Assembly (NCBI GenBank): GCA_025937875.1 | Contig: JAICQM010000003.1 | Coordinates: 1-41,259 of the forward strand | Direction of reading: 5' to 3' | Length of the DNA: 41,259 bases | From: Chloroflexota bacterium | GTDB taxonomy: Bacteria > Chloroflexota > Limnocylindria > QHBO01 | In this document: piece by piece, positions 1 through 8,526 of the stretch | Position numbering within the stretch: position 1 is the stretch's first letter | Layout: every line of letters starts with the position of its first letter | The notes under the pieces: model-generated | The model's input: only the letters and a program-made list of their open reading frames with translations | What the model was told of the DNA's origin: nothing | Databases searched by the model: none | Translations under genes and position numbers: made by a program

Positions 1-1
1 C

Positions 2-661
2 CATGGCATCTCGGTGGCCTGGGCAACGCGGCGCAGCGCGGAGCTCCTCGGCCGCTCGCCGGAAGAGCTGCGCCTCGTCGTCGCGCACCTCGGATCCGGA
101 TGCTCGGTGACCGCCGTCGATGGCGGACGGTCGGTCGACACCTCCATGGGGCTCACGCCGTACGAGGGGCTGATGATGGGCACCCGCTCGGGCTCCATCG
201 ATCCTGGGATCATCCTGCAGCTGCTGGGCGACGGGGTGTCACCTGTGGACCTGGCGGCTGGCCTCGCGCAACGTTCGGGGCTCCTGGCGGTCGGCGGCAG
301 CGCCGACGTGCGCCAGCTCGAGGCCCGTGCGGGGCGTGGCGACGCGCCGGCGCGCATCGCCCTCGCGATGTTCGCGCGTCGTGCCGCCGCGGCCATTGCG
401 GCCACCGCCACCGCCATGCCGCTGCTCGACGCCCTCGCGTTCACCGGCGGCATCGGGGAGGGATCCGCAGCGGTCCGGCGCGACATCGTGCGACGGCTGG
501 GCAGCCTCGGATTCGACGACCGCCTGGGCGCCGCCGAGGGCGACGCCGTGATCGAGACCGGACCACCGGCGGTCCTGGTCGTCCGGGCGCGCGAGGACCG
601 CGTCATCGCGGATGAGGTCGCATCGGTCCTTCGACCTGACCAATCACACCCGGACGCATGA
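2..661 (+). CDS. ackA: Acetate kinase, C-terminal part (5' truncated by window)
   Basis: Frame from nt 2 reads HGISV.., VVAHLGSGCS, DTSMGLTPYEGLMMGTRSGSIDP, FTGGIGE, REDRVIA: acetate/propionate kinase motifs. Confidence 0.92.
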   Translation, partial: HGISVAWATRRSAELLGRSPEELRLVVAHLGSGCSVTAVDGGRSVDTSMGLTPYEGLMMGTRSGSIDPGIILQLLGDGVSPVDLAAGLAQRSGLLAVGGSADVRQLEARAGRGDAPARIALAMFARRAAAAIAATATAMPLLDALAFTGGIGEGSAAVRRDIVRRLGSLGFDDRLGAAEGDAVIETGPPAVLVVRAREDRVIADEVASVLRPDQSHPDA

Positions 662-700
662 CTTCCGGCACTGGCTCATGCGTGCGCCCGTACGGATGGT
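658..700 (+). promoter_or_regulatory. DosR/OsdR-like box (ATGACT-TC-CGGCAC, 658-671) plus -10-like GATGGT (695-700)
   Basis: Same 14-bp quasi-palindrome and 23-nt spacing to an nAnnnT hexamer as at 2889-3021. Confidence 0.45.
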
Positions 701-730
701 GGACCCGTACCCGCAGGATTGATGATGCTC

Positions 731-1129
731 ATGAAATGGCTCCTTGGTGCATTCCTGGTGGCGCACGCGTTCATCCACGTCTCCTACCTCACGCCCGCAC
801 CTCCCCGTACGGCCGGTGGTCCGGAGTGGCCATTCGAGCTGACCCGTTCTTGGCTTGTCACCGGCCTGTCCCTGGATCCGGGCATCGTCCGTGCGCTGGG
901 TCTGGCCCTGGTGGCGACGACGGTCGCATTGCTCGTCGGCGCGGGGCTGGCGACCGTGGGATGGCTGCCGGCCGCCTGGTGGACCGGTCTGGCCACCGCC
1001 GGGGCGGTGTCGTCGCTCGTGACCCTGGCCCTCTACTTCCACCCGTGGCTCGTGCTCGGGATCGCGATCGACCTCGTCATCGTCTGGGCCGCGCTCCTGG
1101 CCGCCTGGCAACCCGCCGGCATCCGATGA
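731..1129 (+). CDS. Hypothetical membrane protein (about 4 TM segments)
   Basis: MKWLLGAFLVAHAFIH..; several hydrophobic helices; start could be 719-731. Confidence 0.75.
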   Translation: MKWLLGAFLVAHAFIHVSYLTPAPPRTAGGPEWPFELTRSWLVTGLSLDPGIVRALGLALVATTVALLVGAGLATVGWLPAAWWTGLATAGAVSSLVTLALYFHPWLVLGIAIDLVIVWAALLAAWQPAGIR

Positions 1130-1162
1130 GCGACGGGCTTCTCCACGCCGTGCGAGGCTGAC

Positions 1163-2431
1163 TTGCGCATCGTATCGGCCGCCGAAGCCGTGGACGGCAT
1201 CCACTCCGGGGAGCGGGTCTTCGTCCACGGCGGCGCAGCGACCCCCAACGTGCTGCTGGGGGCGCTGGTGGAGCGGGCTGCGGACCTGCGCGACGTCGAG
1301 ATGACGCACTTCCACACCGAGGGCCCGGGGCCGCACCTGGCGCCGGCGATGGCGGGCCACTTCCGCCATCGAGCGCTGTTCATCGGCGCCAACGCCCGCG
1401 AGGCAGTGAACGATGGCCGCGCCGACTACGTACCGGTCTTCCTGTCCGACGTTCCGCAGCTGTTCGCGCGCGTACTGCCGCTCGATGTCGCGCTCATCAA
1501 CGTCTCGCCCCCGGACGAGCATGGCTTCTGCTCGTTGGGCACGTCGGTCGACGCGGCGTTGGCCGCCACGCGGCACGCGAAGCGGGTCATCGCCCAGCTC
1601 AACGCCTCGATGCCGCGCACGCTCGGCGACAGCTTCGTGCACGTCGACCAGATCGCGCTCGCTGTGGAGGTCGACGAGCCGCCCCATGCGCACGAGGCGA
1701 GTCCGATCGGCGAGGTCGAGCGCCTCATCGGGCAGTTCGTCGCGGACCTGGTCCCGGACCGTGCCACGATCCAGATGGGCATCGGGTCGATCCCGGGCGC
1801 AGTGGCGCTCGCGCTGCGCGACAAGCGGGATCTCGGCGTGCACACCGAGCTGTTCACCGACGTTGTGCTCGACCTCGTCGAGGCCGGCGCCGTGACCGGC
1901 GCGGCCAAGGAGATCAACCGGGGCAAGATCGTCACCGCCTTCCTGATGGGGTCGCCGCGCCTGTATCGATTCGTCGACGACAACCCGATGGTCGAGATGC
2001 GGCCGGTCGACTACACCAACGACACCGCCGTCATCCGTCGATTCAGCCGGATGGTGGCCATCAACTCGGCGATCGCCGTCGATTTGACCGGCCAGGTGAG
2101 CGCCGACTCGATCGGTACCCGCTTCTACTCCGGCGTCGGCGGGCAGATGGACTTCATGCGCGGCGCGGCCCTGGCCGCGGAGGGGCGGGCCATCATCGCG
2201 ATGCCCTCGACCGCGGCCGGCGGCCGCATCTCACGCATCACCGCCACCCTGGCCGAGGGCGCCGGAGTGGTGACCAGTCGCGCGCATGTGCGAACGGTCG
2301 TCACCGAGTTCGGCGTGGCCGAATTGTTCGGGCGCAGCGTGCGGGAGCGGGCTGCGGCGCTGACCGCGATCGCCCACCCCGACTTCCGCGACGAGCTGAC
2401 CGACGAGGCCCGCCGCCGCTACCACGTCTGA
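1163..2431 (+). CDS. Acetyl-CoA hydrolase/transferase family (4-hydroxybutyrate CoA-transferase-like)
   Basis: SPPDEHGFCSLG, TIQMGIGSIP, LGVHTE, SGVGGQMDF, VVTEFGVAEL motifs; TTG start. Confidence 0.9.
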   Translation: MRIVSAAEAVDGIHSGERVFVHGGAATPNVLLGALVERAADLRDVEMTHFHTEGPGPHLAPAMAGHFRHRALFIGANAREAVNDGRADYVPVFLSDVPQLFARVLPLDVALINVSPPDEHGFCSLGTSVDAALAATRHAKRVIAQLNASMPRTLGDSFVHVDQIALAVEVDEPPHAHEASPIGEVERLIGQFVADLVPDRATIQMGIGSIPGAVALALRDKRDLGVHTELFTDVVLDLVEAGAVTGAAKEINRGKIVTAFLMGSPRLYRFVDDNPMVEMRPVDYTNDTAVIRRFSRMVAINSAIAVDLTGQVSADSIGTRFYSGVGGQMDFMRGAALAAEGRAIIAMPSTAAGGRISRITATLAEGAGVVTSRAHVRTVVTEFGVAELFGRSVRERAAALTAIAHPDFRDELTDEARRRYHV

Positions 2432-2438
2432 CCGCCGG

Positions 2439-2852
2439 TCAGGCCACCTCGGCCTCGTCGAGGATCACGCGCAGGAGGTCGAGCGGAGTTACGACGCCGA
2501 TCGGCGTGCCGGCGTCATCGGTGACGACGAGGCGATGAATGTGGTCGACGATCATGCGCCGTGCCGCGTCCTCGACCGAGGTCATGGCGCCGATCGCGAT
2601 CGCCGGGCGCGACATGATGTGCCGCACGCGCAGGCGCGGCCAGTTGGCGCTGATGAGCTCGCTGGCGTGCGCGGTCAGCAGATCGGTCTGGCTGACGACG
2701 CCGATGAGCTCGCCGTGGTCCACGACCGGCAGGCCGCTGATGCGGTACGTGCGCAGGAGCGCCTCGGCCTCGGCGACGGGCGCGTCGGGCGCGACCGTCA
2801 CCGGATCGATGGACATGAGGTTGCCGACGCGGAGCGAGACGGTCGTGGACAT
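2439..2852 (-). CDS. CBS domain pair protein
   Basis: Two CBS repeats ([22 protein letters not shown]; [20 protein letters not shown]); GGAGG SD before ATG 2852. Confidence 0.88.
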   Translation of the reverse strand: MSTTVSLRVGNLMSIDPVTVAPDAPVAEAEALLRTYRISGLPVVDHGELIGVVSQTDLLTAHASELISANWPRLRVRHIMSRPAIAIGAMTSVEDAARRMIVDHIHRLVVTDDAGTPIGVVTPLDLLRVILDEAEVA

Positions 2853-2888
2853 CGGTATGCCTCCGTGCGTGGGTCTGGATTGGAGACG

Positions 2889-3021
2889 ACTATCCGTCCG
2901 CGAGCGTGAGGCGACCACGGCCGGAGGTCCCGACCTGGGGGGCGCTTCGGCACGCGTGCCGTTCGCCACCCGCAGGTGGGTCCGGTCGGCACTACCGACC
3001 GCGGCGTCCGCCACCCATGCT
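2889..3021. promoter_or_regulatory. Divergent promoters with four DosR/OsdR-like boxes (2918-2931, 2940-2953, 2956-2969, 2979-2992)
   Basis: Variants of GTGCCG-N2-CGGCAC; outer boxes each 23 nt from -10-like hexamers (GATAGT on minus at 2894-2889; CATGCT at 3016-3021). Confidence 0.55.
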
Positions 3022-3082
3022 GCAGTTGAACGATCCGTACCCGCATCTAGATCCGTACCGCAGCTGGGCCAGGAGGTCCGAA

Positions 3083-3838
3083 ATGTCAGACACGCTTGCA
3101 GGCCGCGTCGCCATCGTCACCGGTGGAGCGCGTGGCATCGGCCGTGCCGCGGCGCGGCAGCTCGCCGCCGAGGGCGCGACGGTCGTCGTCGCCGACATCG
3201 TCGACGCCGAGGGCGCCGAGCTCGCCACCGCGCTGTGCGCGGAGCGGTTGAACGCCCACTATCGCCACCTCGACGTGACCAGCGAGGACGAGTGGCGAGC
3301 CGCCATCGAGGAAACGGTGGCCCAGTTCGGGCGCCTCGACATCCTCGTCAACAACGCGGGCATCGGCACCATGGCCGATGTCGAGGCCGAGACCGTTGAG
3401 GGGTGGCAGCGCGTCATCGACATCAACCAGAAGGGAGTCTGGCTGGGGATGCGTGCCGCGATCCCCGAACTGCGGCGGGCCGGCGGCGGCTCGATCGTCA
3501 ATGTCAGCTCGATCTTCGGCGCGGTTGGCGGGTTCGGCGGCTCGGTCGCCTACCACGCCACCAAGGGCGCGGTCCGGCTCATGACGAAGAACGCCGCGAT
3601 CCGCTACGCGACCGAGGGAATCCGCGTCAATTCGATCCACCCCGGATTCATCGACACGCCGCTGGTGGCCGACCTCAAGGGCACCGAAGTGGAGACCATG
3701 ATCATCGACAGCTGCCCCATGGGCCGCTGGGGGCGACCGGAGGAAGTCGGATCGGTCATCGCCTTCCTGGCCGGGCCCGGCGCCACGTTCATGACCGGCT
3801 CCGAGATTTACGTCGACGGGGGCTGGACGGCTCGGTAG
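3083..3838 (+). CDS. Classical SDR oxidoreductase (3alpha,20beta-HSD/cyclopentanol dehydrogenase-like)
   Basis: [34 protein letters not shown]; AGGAGG SD. Confidence 0.92.
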   Translation: MSDTLAGRVAIVTGGARGIGRAAARQLAAEGATVVVADIVDAEGAELATALCAERLNAHYRHLDVTSEDEWRAAIEETVAQFGRLDILVNNAGIGTMADVEAETVEGWQRVIDINQKGVWLGMRAAIPELRRAGGGSIVNVSSIFGAVGGFGGSVAYHATKGAVRLMTKNAAIRYATEGIRVNSIHPGFIDTPLVADLKGTEVETMIIDSCPMGRWGRPEEVGSVIAFLAGPGATFMTGSEIYVDGGWTAR

Positions 3839-3856
3839 GACCGATGCCGACGTGGT

Positions 3857-3884
3857 CGGCGGCGGGGCGCGATTCCCGCCGCCG
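3857..3884. terminator. GC hairpin between convergent genes
   Basis: CGGCGGCGGG / CCCGCCGCCG 10-bp stem; no U-tract. Confidence 0.45.
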
Positions 3885-3898
3885 GGCATGCCGTGATG

Positions 3899-4387
3899 TC
3901 AGGCGCTGGCGGCCTCCGCCCCGGCGCGACCGATGCGCACACGCCACACCTCCGGCCCCTGCTCGAGGTAGTCCCAGGTGAACTCGCCGGGATGCTCGGC
4001 GGCCAGCTGGTAGTACAACGGCTTGGGGTCGTGGTCGTTGACGAGCTCGAAGGCCGTTCCCGGCACGAGGGCATCGAACGTCTCGAAGATCTCGGCGTGG
4101 CGCTGCGCCGGCGGAAGGCTGCGCACGTCGAGCTGGGTGGCATTGGTCACGGGGAGGGCTCCTTTCGAATGGCTCCGCTCGAGGCGGACGAGATAGTGCA
4201 TCACGCCGTTGATGCGCTGAGCGACGCGTGGCTCGTCGAGGCGAATTGCCACGTAGATGTCGGCCGCGATCTGGTTGGCGAGCCGGGGCCGGCCAGCGTT
4301 GCCCAGCTCGCGCAGCGTCCGGACGAGGCCGGTGGTGAGGTGCTCCACCGGGTCGGCGAGCTCGTCCAGTGACGTGCCGGCACTCAC
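3899..4387 (-). CDS. DUF2249 domain protein with N-terminal helical extension
   Basis: C-terminal LDVRSLPPAQRH..IFETFDAL.PG..FELVNDHDPKPL..YLEQGPEVWRVRI; GTGA overlap with upstream gene. Confidence 0.85.
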   Translation of the reverse strand: MSAGTSLDELADPVEHLTTGLVRTLRELGNAGRPRLANQIAADIYVAIRLDEPRVAQRINGVMHYLVRLERSHSKGALPVTNATQLDVRSLPPAQRHAEIFETFDALVPGTAFELVNDHDPKPLYYQLAAEHPGEFTWDYLEQGPEVWRVRIGRAGAEAASA

Positions 4388-4839
4388 CCGATGAGCTCGT
4401 GCATGCCGGCCAGCAGCTCAGCCAGCACGACGTCCGGATTGGCCACCAGGGCCGGGATCAACAGGTCGTTCTCCTTGGCGAGGTGCGATTCGAACAGCGC
4501 GCCGATGGCTACCGCACCTGCGGCAAGCCCCAGCGGATCCTGCTCGGCGCGGAAGGCGGCGACCCGGGCGACGAGCCCCTCGTGCTCGGCACTCATGGCA
4601 CGCACCAGCAGCGCCGTCGCGCCGACACTGCCGGCCGGGTAGAGCGTCGCCTCCTCGGCCATTGCGTGGGGCAGGAGGTCGTCCTCCAGGTACGTCAGCA
4701 CGCCACGCGCGGCCTCGCGATGCGGCGCGCCGTCGCGCACGGTGGCCACGAGATTCGCGATCCGCCGGTTCAGCTCGGCCCGCATCTCGGTGTGGTGGGC
4801 GGCGATGGCGGCCGCGGTCTCGGCATCGGTGGGTGGCAT
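4384..4839 (-). CDS. Hemerythrin-like domain protein
   Basis: H..HAMAEE..EH..HLAKEN di-iron ligand pattern; GGAG SD. Confidence 0.85.
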   Translation of the reverse strand: MPPTDAETAAAIAAHHTEMRAELNRRIANLVATVRDGAPHREAARGVLTYLEDDLLPHAMAEEATLYPAGSVGATALLVRAMSAEHEGLVARVAAFRAEQDPLGLAAGAVAIGALFESHLAKENDLLIPALVANPDVVLAELLAGMHELIG

Positions 4840-4870
4840 CGAGGTACTCCGACTTCGGGGCGGACGGGTG

Positions 4871-4906
4871 CTTGATATTTACGGCCATTCCCGTGCAAAA
4901 TGCAAG
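4871..4906. promoter_or_regulatory. Promoter (TTGATA-18-CAAAAT) overlapped by an imperfect inverted repeat, candidate operator
   Basis: CTTGATATTTACGG...CCGTGCAAAATGCAAG; AT-rich island between divergent genes; -10 lies 6 nt before ATG 4908. Confidence 0.5.
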
Positions 4907-4907
4907 C

Positions 4908-5570
4908 ATGACCTCCCACGAGCAGCACCGGGCACTCGCCGGACGCAGCCGTGCGCGACTCCTCGACGTGCTTCGATCCGCCGGCCGGGGGCTGGCCATC
5001 GACGAGCTGTCGGCCGCCGCCGGCCTGCATCCCAACAGCGCCCGCGAGCAGCTCGGTGTCCTGGTCCAGGCCGGACTCGTGGAGCGCGCCAGCGACCGGC
5101 CCACCGGACGCGGACGGCCCCGCCTGCGGTACATGGCCGCGCCGGAGCCCGGCGCTGGTGACGCGGGCGCCTACCGCGACCTGGCGCGTACCCTGGCCGA
5201 GGAGCTCGCCGCAGGCGCCGATCCGGTCGGCGCGGCCGCGCATGCCGGCGAACGCTGGGGCGCGCGCGTGGCCGCGCGGCTCCCCGCCGCGACGTCCGAG
5301 TCGGACGCGGTGCAGCGTCTGGTCGAGGTTCTCGACAACGCCGGCTTCGACCCCGAGCCACCCACGGTTCCCGGCGCGCCGATTGGCCTGCGCCGCTGCC
5401 CGTTCGGGACGCTGGCCCGGGGCCGTGAGCCGGTGATCTGTGGCGTGCACCTGGGACTCATGCGCGGTGTCCTGCGCACCATCCATGCGCCCATCCAGGC
5501 CGCTCGCCTGGACCCCTGGGTGACCCCCGCACGCTGCCTGGCCCATCTCGGTGCGCCGACCGATGCCTGA
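4908..5570 (+). CDS. Winged-HTH transcriptional regulator with C-terminal Cys motif (SufR/ArnR-like)
   Basis: N-terminal HTH with GRGRP wing; RCPF..ICGVHLGL..C metal/Fe-S-type ligands. Confidence 0.8.
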   Translation: MTSHEQHRALAGRSRARLLDVLRSAGRGLAIDELSAAAGLHPNSAREQLGVLVQAGLVERASDRPTGRGRPRLRYMAAPEPGAGDAGAYRDLARTLAEELAAGADPVGAAAHAGERWGARVAARLPAATSESDAVQRLVEVLDNAGFDPEPPTVPGAPIGLRRCPFGTLARGREPVICGVHLGLMRGVLRTIHAPIQAARLDPWVTPARCLAHLGAPTDA

Positions 5571-5907
5571 CGACCGCGTCACGCTGCCCACGCTGCTCGG
5601 CCCGCACGTCGATGAGGCATCCGTGATGCGCAGCCTGCAGTCGGTCATCGACCCCGAGCTGGGGGTCAACATCGTCGACCTGGGGCTGGTCTACGGTGCG
5701 GATGTGGTCGACGGCGTGGCACGCATCCTCCTCACGACGACGACCCCCGCCTGTCCGTTGGGGCCGTACCTGACCGACCAGATCCGCTGGGCCCTACTGG
5801 CACACGACGGGGTGCTCGATGTCGACGTGGAGGTGACCTACGAGCCCCTCTGGTCGCCGGAGCTGATGAACGACTCGGCCAGGCGACAGCTCGGCTGGCC
5901 CGTCTGA
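5563..5907 (+). CDS. DUF59/SufT-like (MIP18 family) metal-sulfur cluster assembly factor
   Basis: IDPELGVNIVDLGLVY, TTTPACP, EPLWSPE motifs. Confidence 0.9.
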   Translation: MPDDRVTLPTLLGPHVDEASVMRSLQSVIDPELGVNIVDLGLVYGADVVDGVARILLTTTTPACPLGPYLTDQIRWALLAHDGVLDVDVEVTYEPLWSPELMNDSARRQLGWPV

Positions 5908-7010
5908 TGGCAGCGTCACGCCTCCCGCTGCTGATGGCGGCCGGGCTGGCGCTGCTCGCCGGCCTCGGCGGCGCCCTCGTGCTGCTGGGCATCGGGATGC
6001 CAGCCGCCACCCGGCGGCTGGGCAGCGATCATGGCGTGCTCATGACGCTGGGCTTCCTGGGCACCCTCATCGCCCTCGAACGCGCGGTGGCGCTCGGTCG
6101 CCGCTGGGCGTACCTTGCGCCGCTGCTGAGCGGGCTGGCCGCCGTCTGGCTCGTGGCAGGCCCGCCGGGCCGAGGTGCCGCCGCGCTCCTCGGCGCCGGG
6201 GCGATTACCTTCGTCGCCATGTACGTCGCATTCCTCCGTGTCGATGGTGCCCTGCATGTGCGCGTGCAGGCGGCGGGCGCACTCGCGTGGCTCGCCGCCG
6301 CGCTGATGCTGCTCGCCGGTGGGGCAACGGCGGCGATCGTGCCCTGGCTGGCCGCGTTCCTGGTCCTCACCATCGCCGGTGAGCGGCTCGAGCTGTCGCG
6401 CCTCGTCCCCCGGAGCCCGGCCGCGCAGACCCAATTCGTGGTCGCGGTCGCGATCTTCGTCGCCGGCGTGGTCCTCACCGTTGCGCTTCCCGACGCCGGG
6501 CGCCGCATCGGCGGCATCGGCCTGCTGGCGATGGCCGCGTGGCTCGCCCGCCACGACGCCGCGCGGCGGACCGTCAGGCTGGGAGGCGTGACCCGCTTCG
6601 TGGCACTCTCGCTGCTGGCCGGCTATGCCTGGCTGGCCGTGGGTGGCGCCGCGTGGCTGGCGGTCGGTGCGACGGCCGGCGGTGCCGGCTATGACACGAT
6701 GCTGCACGCCATATTCCTGGGATTCGTGATGTCGATGGTGTTCGGACACGCGCCGGTCATCCTGCCCGCGGTCCTCCGGTTACCGCTCCCCTTCCACCCG
6801 CGGTTCTACGTGCACCTCGGCCTGCTCCACGCGGGGCTCATGCTGCGGATCGTGGGCGGCGACCTGCTGGGCCTCGAGCCGGCCCGCGTGACCGGTGGCG
6901 TCCTGAACGTGGCTGCCCTGCTGCTGTTCGTGGCGTCCTCCGCCCTCGCCGTGCTGTGGCCGACGACCCGGTTGGGCCTTCCGATGCCGGCTCCGGTGAG
7001 CGACCGATGA
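5907..7010 (+). CDS. Polytopic membrane protein (NnrS-like, His-containing)
   Basis: About 12 TM; HGVLMTLGFLGTLIALERAVAL, LHAIFLGFVMSMVFGH; start overlaps DUF59 stop. Confidence 0.65.
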   Translation: MAASRLPLLMAAGLALLAGLGGALVLLGIGMPAATRRLGSDHGVLMTLGFLGTLIALERAVALGRRWAYLAPLLSGLAAVWLVAGPPGRGAAALLGAGAITFVAMYVAFLRVDGALHVRVQAAGALAWLAAALMLLAGGATAAIVPWLAAFLVLTIAGERLELSRLVPRSPAAQTQFVVAVAIFVAGVVLTVALPDAGRRIGGIGLLAMAAWLARHDAARRTVRLGGVTRFVALSLLAGYAWLAVGGAAWLAVGATAGGAGYDTMLHAIFLGFVMSMVFGHAPVILPAVLRLPLPFHPRFYVHLGLLHAGLMLRIVGGDLLGLEPARVTGGVLNVAALLLFVASSALAVLWPTTRLGLPMPAPVSDR

Positions 7011-7780
7011 TCGTCATGTACGGCTCGACCACCTGCGAGGACACGGCCATCACCCGCAGCCGGCTCGACGCGCTCGGGGTGCCGTACCAGGAGCGCCTGA
7101 TCGACCGCGATCCCGCTGCGCGCGAGGCGCTCGACACGCTGGCCGGCGGGCGGATCGTCACGCCGACCCTCGACCCTGGTGATGGCGGATCACTCCTCGC
7201 CGAGCCGTCGCTCGAGGAGCTGGGCCGGCGGCTCGTGGCCGGCGGTCACCACGTGGCGCCACCGACCGCGGATGCCGTCGGTGGCGACCTGGCCGCCCGT
7301 CCGATCCCGATCGCCAGCCTGCCCACCGCGGACGGCGAGCCATGGTCGCTGCGCAGGTGGCGTGGCCGGCGCGCCACCGCCCTCTTCCTCGCCCACGACG
7401 CCGCGTGTCTCCCCTGCTGGGGTTACGCCAAGCAGCTGGCCCGGCAGGCTGATGCCCTGGCCGAGGTGGAGGCGGCGCCGGTGGTGGTGGTCGCCGGCGA
7501 GCCGGCGGATGCCGCGACGTGGCGCCACGAGGTGGGCGAGTCGCTGACGCTGCTGGCGGACGCCGACGGCGCCTGGAAGGCGACGCTCGCCGCGTACCTC
7601 GGGTTCGACCCGGCGCGCCCGACGGTGCTCCTCCTCGACCGCTACGGCGCGCCGAGCGGCGTGTCGAGCGCGGAGGAGGCCGGCGGCCTGGTCGACCCCA
7701 GCGAGGCGACGCGCTGGCTGCGCCACCTGGCGCTCGAGTGCCCGGAGTGCACCGAGATCCTGCCATGGGGCGAACCATGA
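7007..7780 (+). CDS. Glutaredoxin-like plus redoxin (AhpC/TSA-like) fusion
   Basis: N-terminal MYGSTTCEDT..TPTL; second domain LAHDAACLPC..LLAD..LDRYG; C-terminal LECPEC; ATGA overlap. Confidence 0.72.
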   Translation: MIVMYGSTTCEDTAITRSRLDALGVPYQERLIDRDPAAREALDTLAGGRIVTPTLDPGDGGSLLAEPSLEELGRRLVAGGHHVAPPTADAVGGDLAARPIPIASLPTADGEPWSLRRWRGRRATALFLAHDAACLPCWGYAKQLARQADALAEVEAAPVVVVAGEPADAATWRHEVGESLTLLADADGAWKATLAAYLGFDPARPTVLLLDRYGAPSGVSSAEEAGGLVDPSEATRWLRHLALECPECTEILPWGEP

Positions 7781-8151
7781 CCACCGACCCGGTGCGCCTG
7801 CAGCGCGCGTACGACGAACCGACGCCCGACGACGGATACCGCGTGCTCGTCGACCGTGTCTGGCCGCGCGGCCGGACGCGGGAGCACCTCCGCCTCGACG
7901 CGTGGCATCGCGAGCTTGGCCCCAGCACCGCGCTGCGGCGCTGGTTCGGCCACGACCCGGCACGGTGGGACGAGTTCAGGCGCCGTTACCACGCGGAACT
8001 GGCCACGCCCGCGGCGGCAGCCCAGATCGACGAGCTGGCGGAACGGGCGCGCCACGGGCGCCTCACGCTGGTCTACGGGGCGCGGGACACCGAGCACAAC
8101 CAGGCGCGCGTCATCGCCGAGGAGCTCGAACGGCGACTCATGCTCGACTGA
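7777..8151 (+). CDS. DUF488/YeaO family protein
   Basis: RAYDEPTPDDGYRVLVDRVWPRG..PSTALRRWFGHDP..TLVYGARDTEHNQA. Confidence 0.9.
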   Translation: MTTDPVRLQRAYDEPTPDDGYRVLVDRVWPRGRTREHLRLDAWHRELGPSTALRRWFGHDPARWDEFRRRYHAELATPAAAAQIDELAERARHGRLTLVYGARDTEHNQARVIAEELERRLMLD

Positions 8152-8161
8152 CCGGCGCGGG

Positions 8162-8521
8162 TCAGCGGCCGATGCGACCCAGGTGCGTGTCGGCGAACCC
8201 GGTCGCCAGCTTCAGCCCGTAGCCCAGCGCGCGATCCATCCCGACGTGGGCGACCAGCACCGCCCCGGCGAACGCGAGCGGCGCGATGCCGGCACCCCAC
8301 CCGACGCCCAGCAACGCCAGCGCCAGCACGAGGTTGTGGACCGCGTTGTAGGCGATGGCCCCGAGCCGCGGCCCGGCGAGGTAGCCGGCCATCGAGACGT
8401 CGGGTGCAAGGAGCAGTGGCAGGAGCCAGATCCAGTCCCCGCCCATCCACAGGTAGAGCGCCGCCCCGCCGAGCGCCACCGCCAGCCATTCCGCGCGCAG
8501 GAGCAGCGGGATGCCGGACAT
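8162..8521 (-). CDS. DUF4260 family membrane protein
   Basis: LLRAE..LLAPDVSMAGY..YNAVH..AHVGMDRALGYGLK..THLG. Confidence 0.85.
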   Translation of the reverse strand: MSGIPLLLRAEWLAVALGGAALYLWMGGDWIWLLPLLLAPDVSMAGYLAGPRLGAIAYNAVHNLVLALALLGVGWGAGIAPLAFAGAVLVAHVGMDRALGYGLKLATGFADTHLGRIGR

Positions 8522-8526
8522 GTTGC

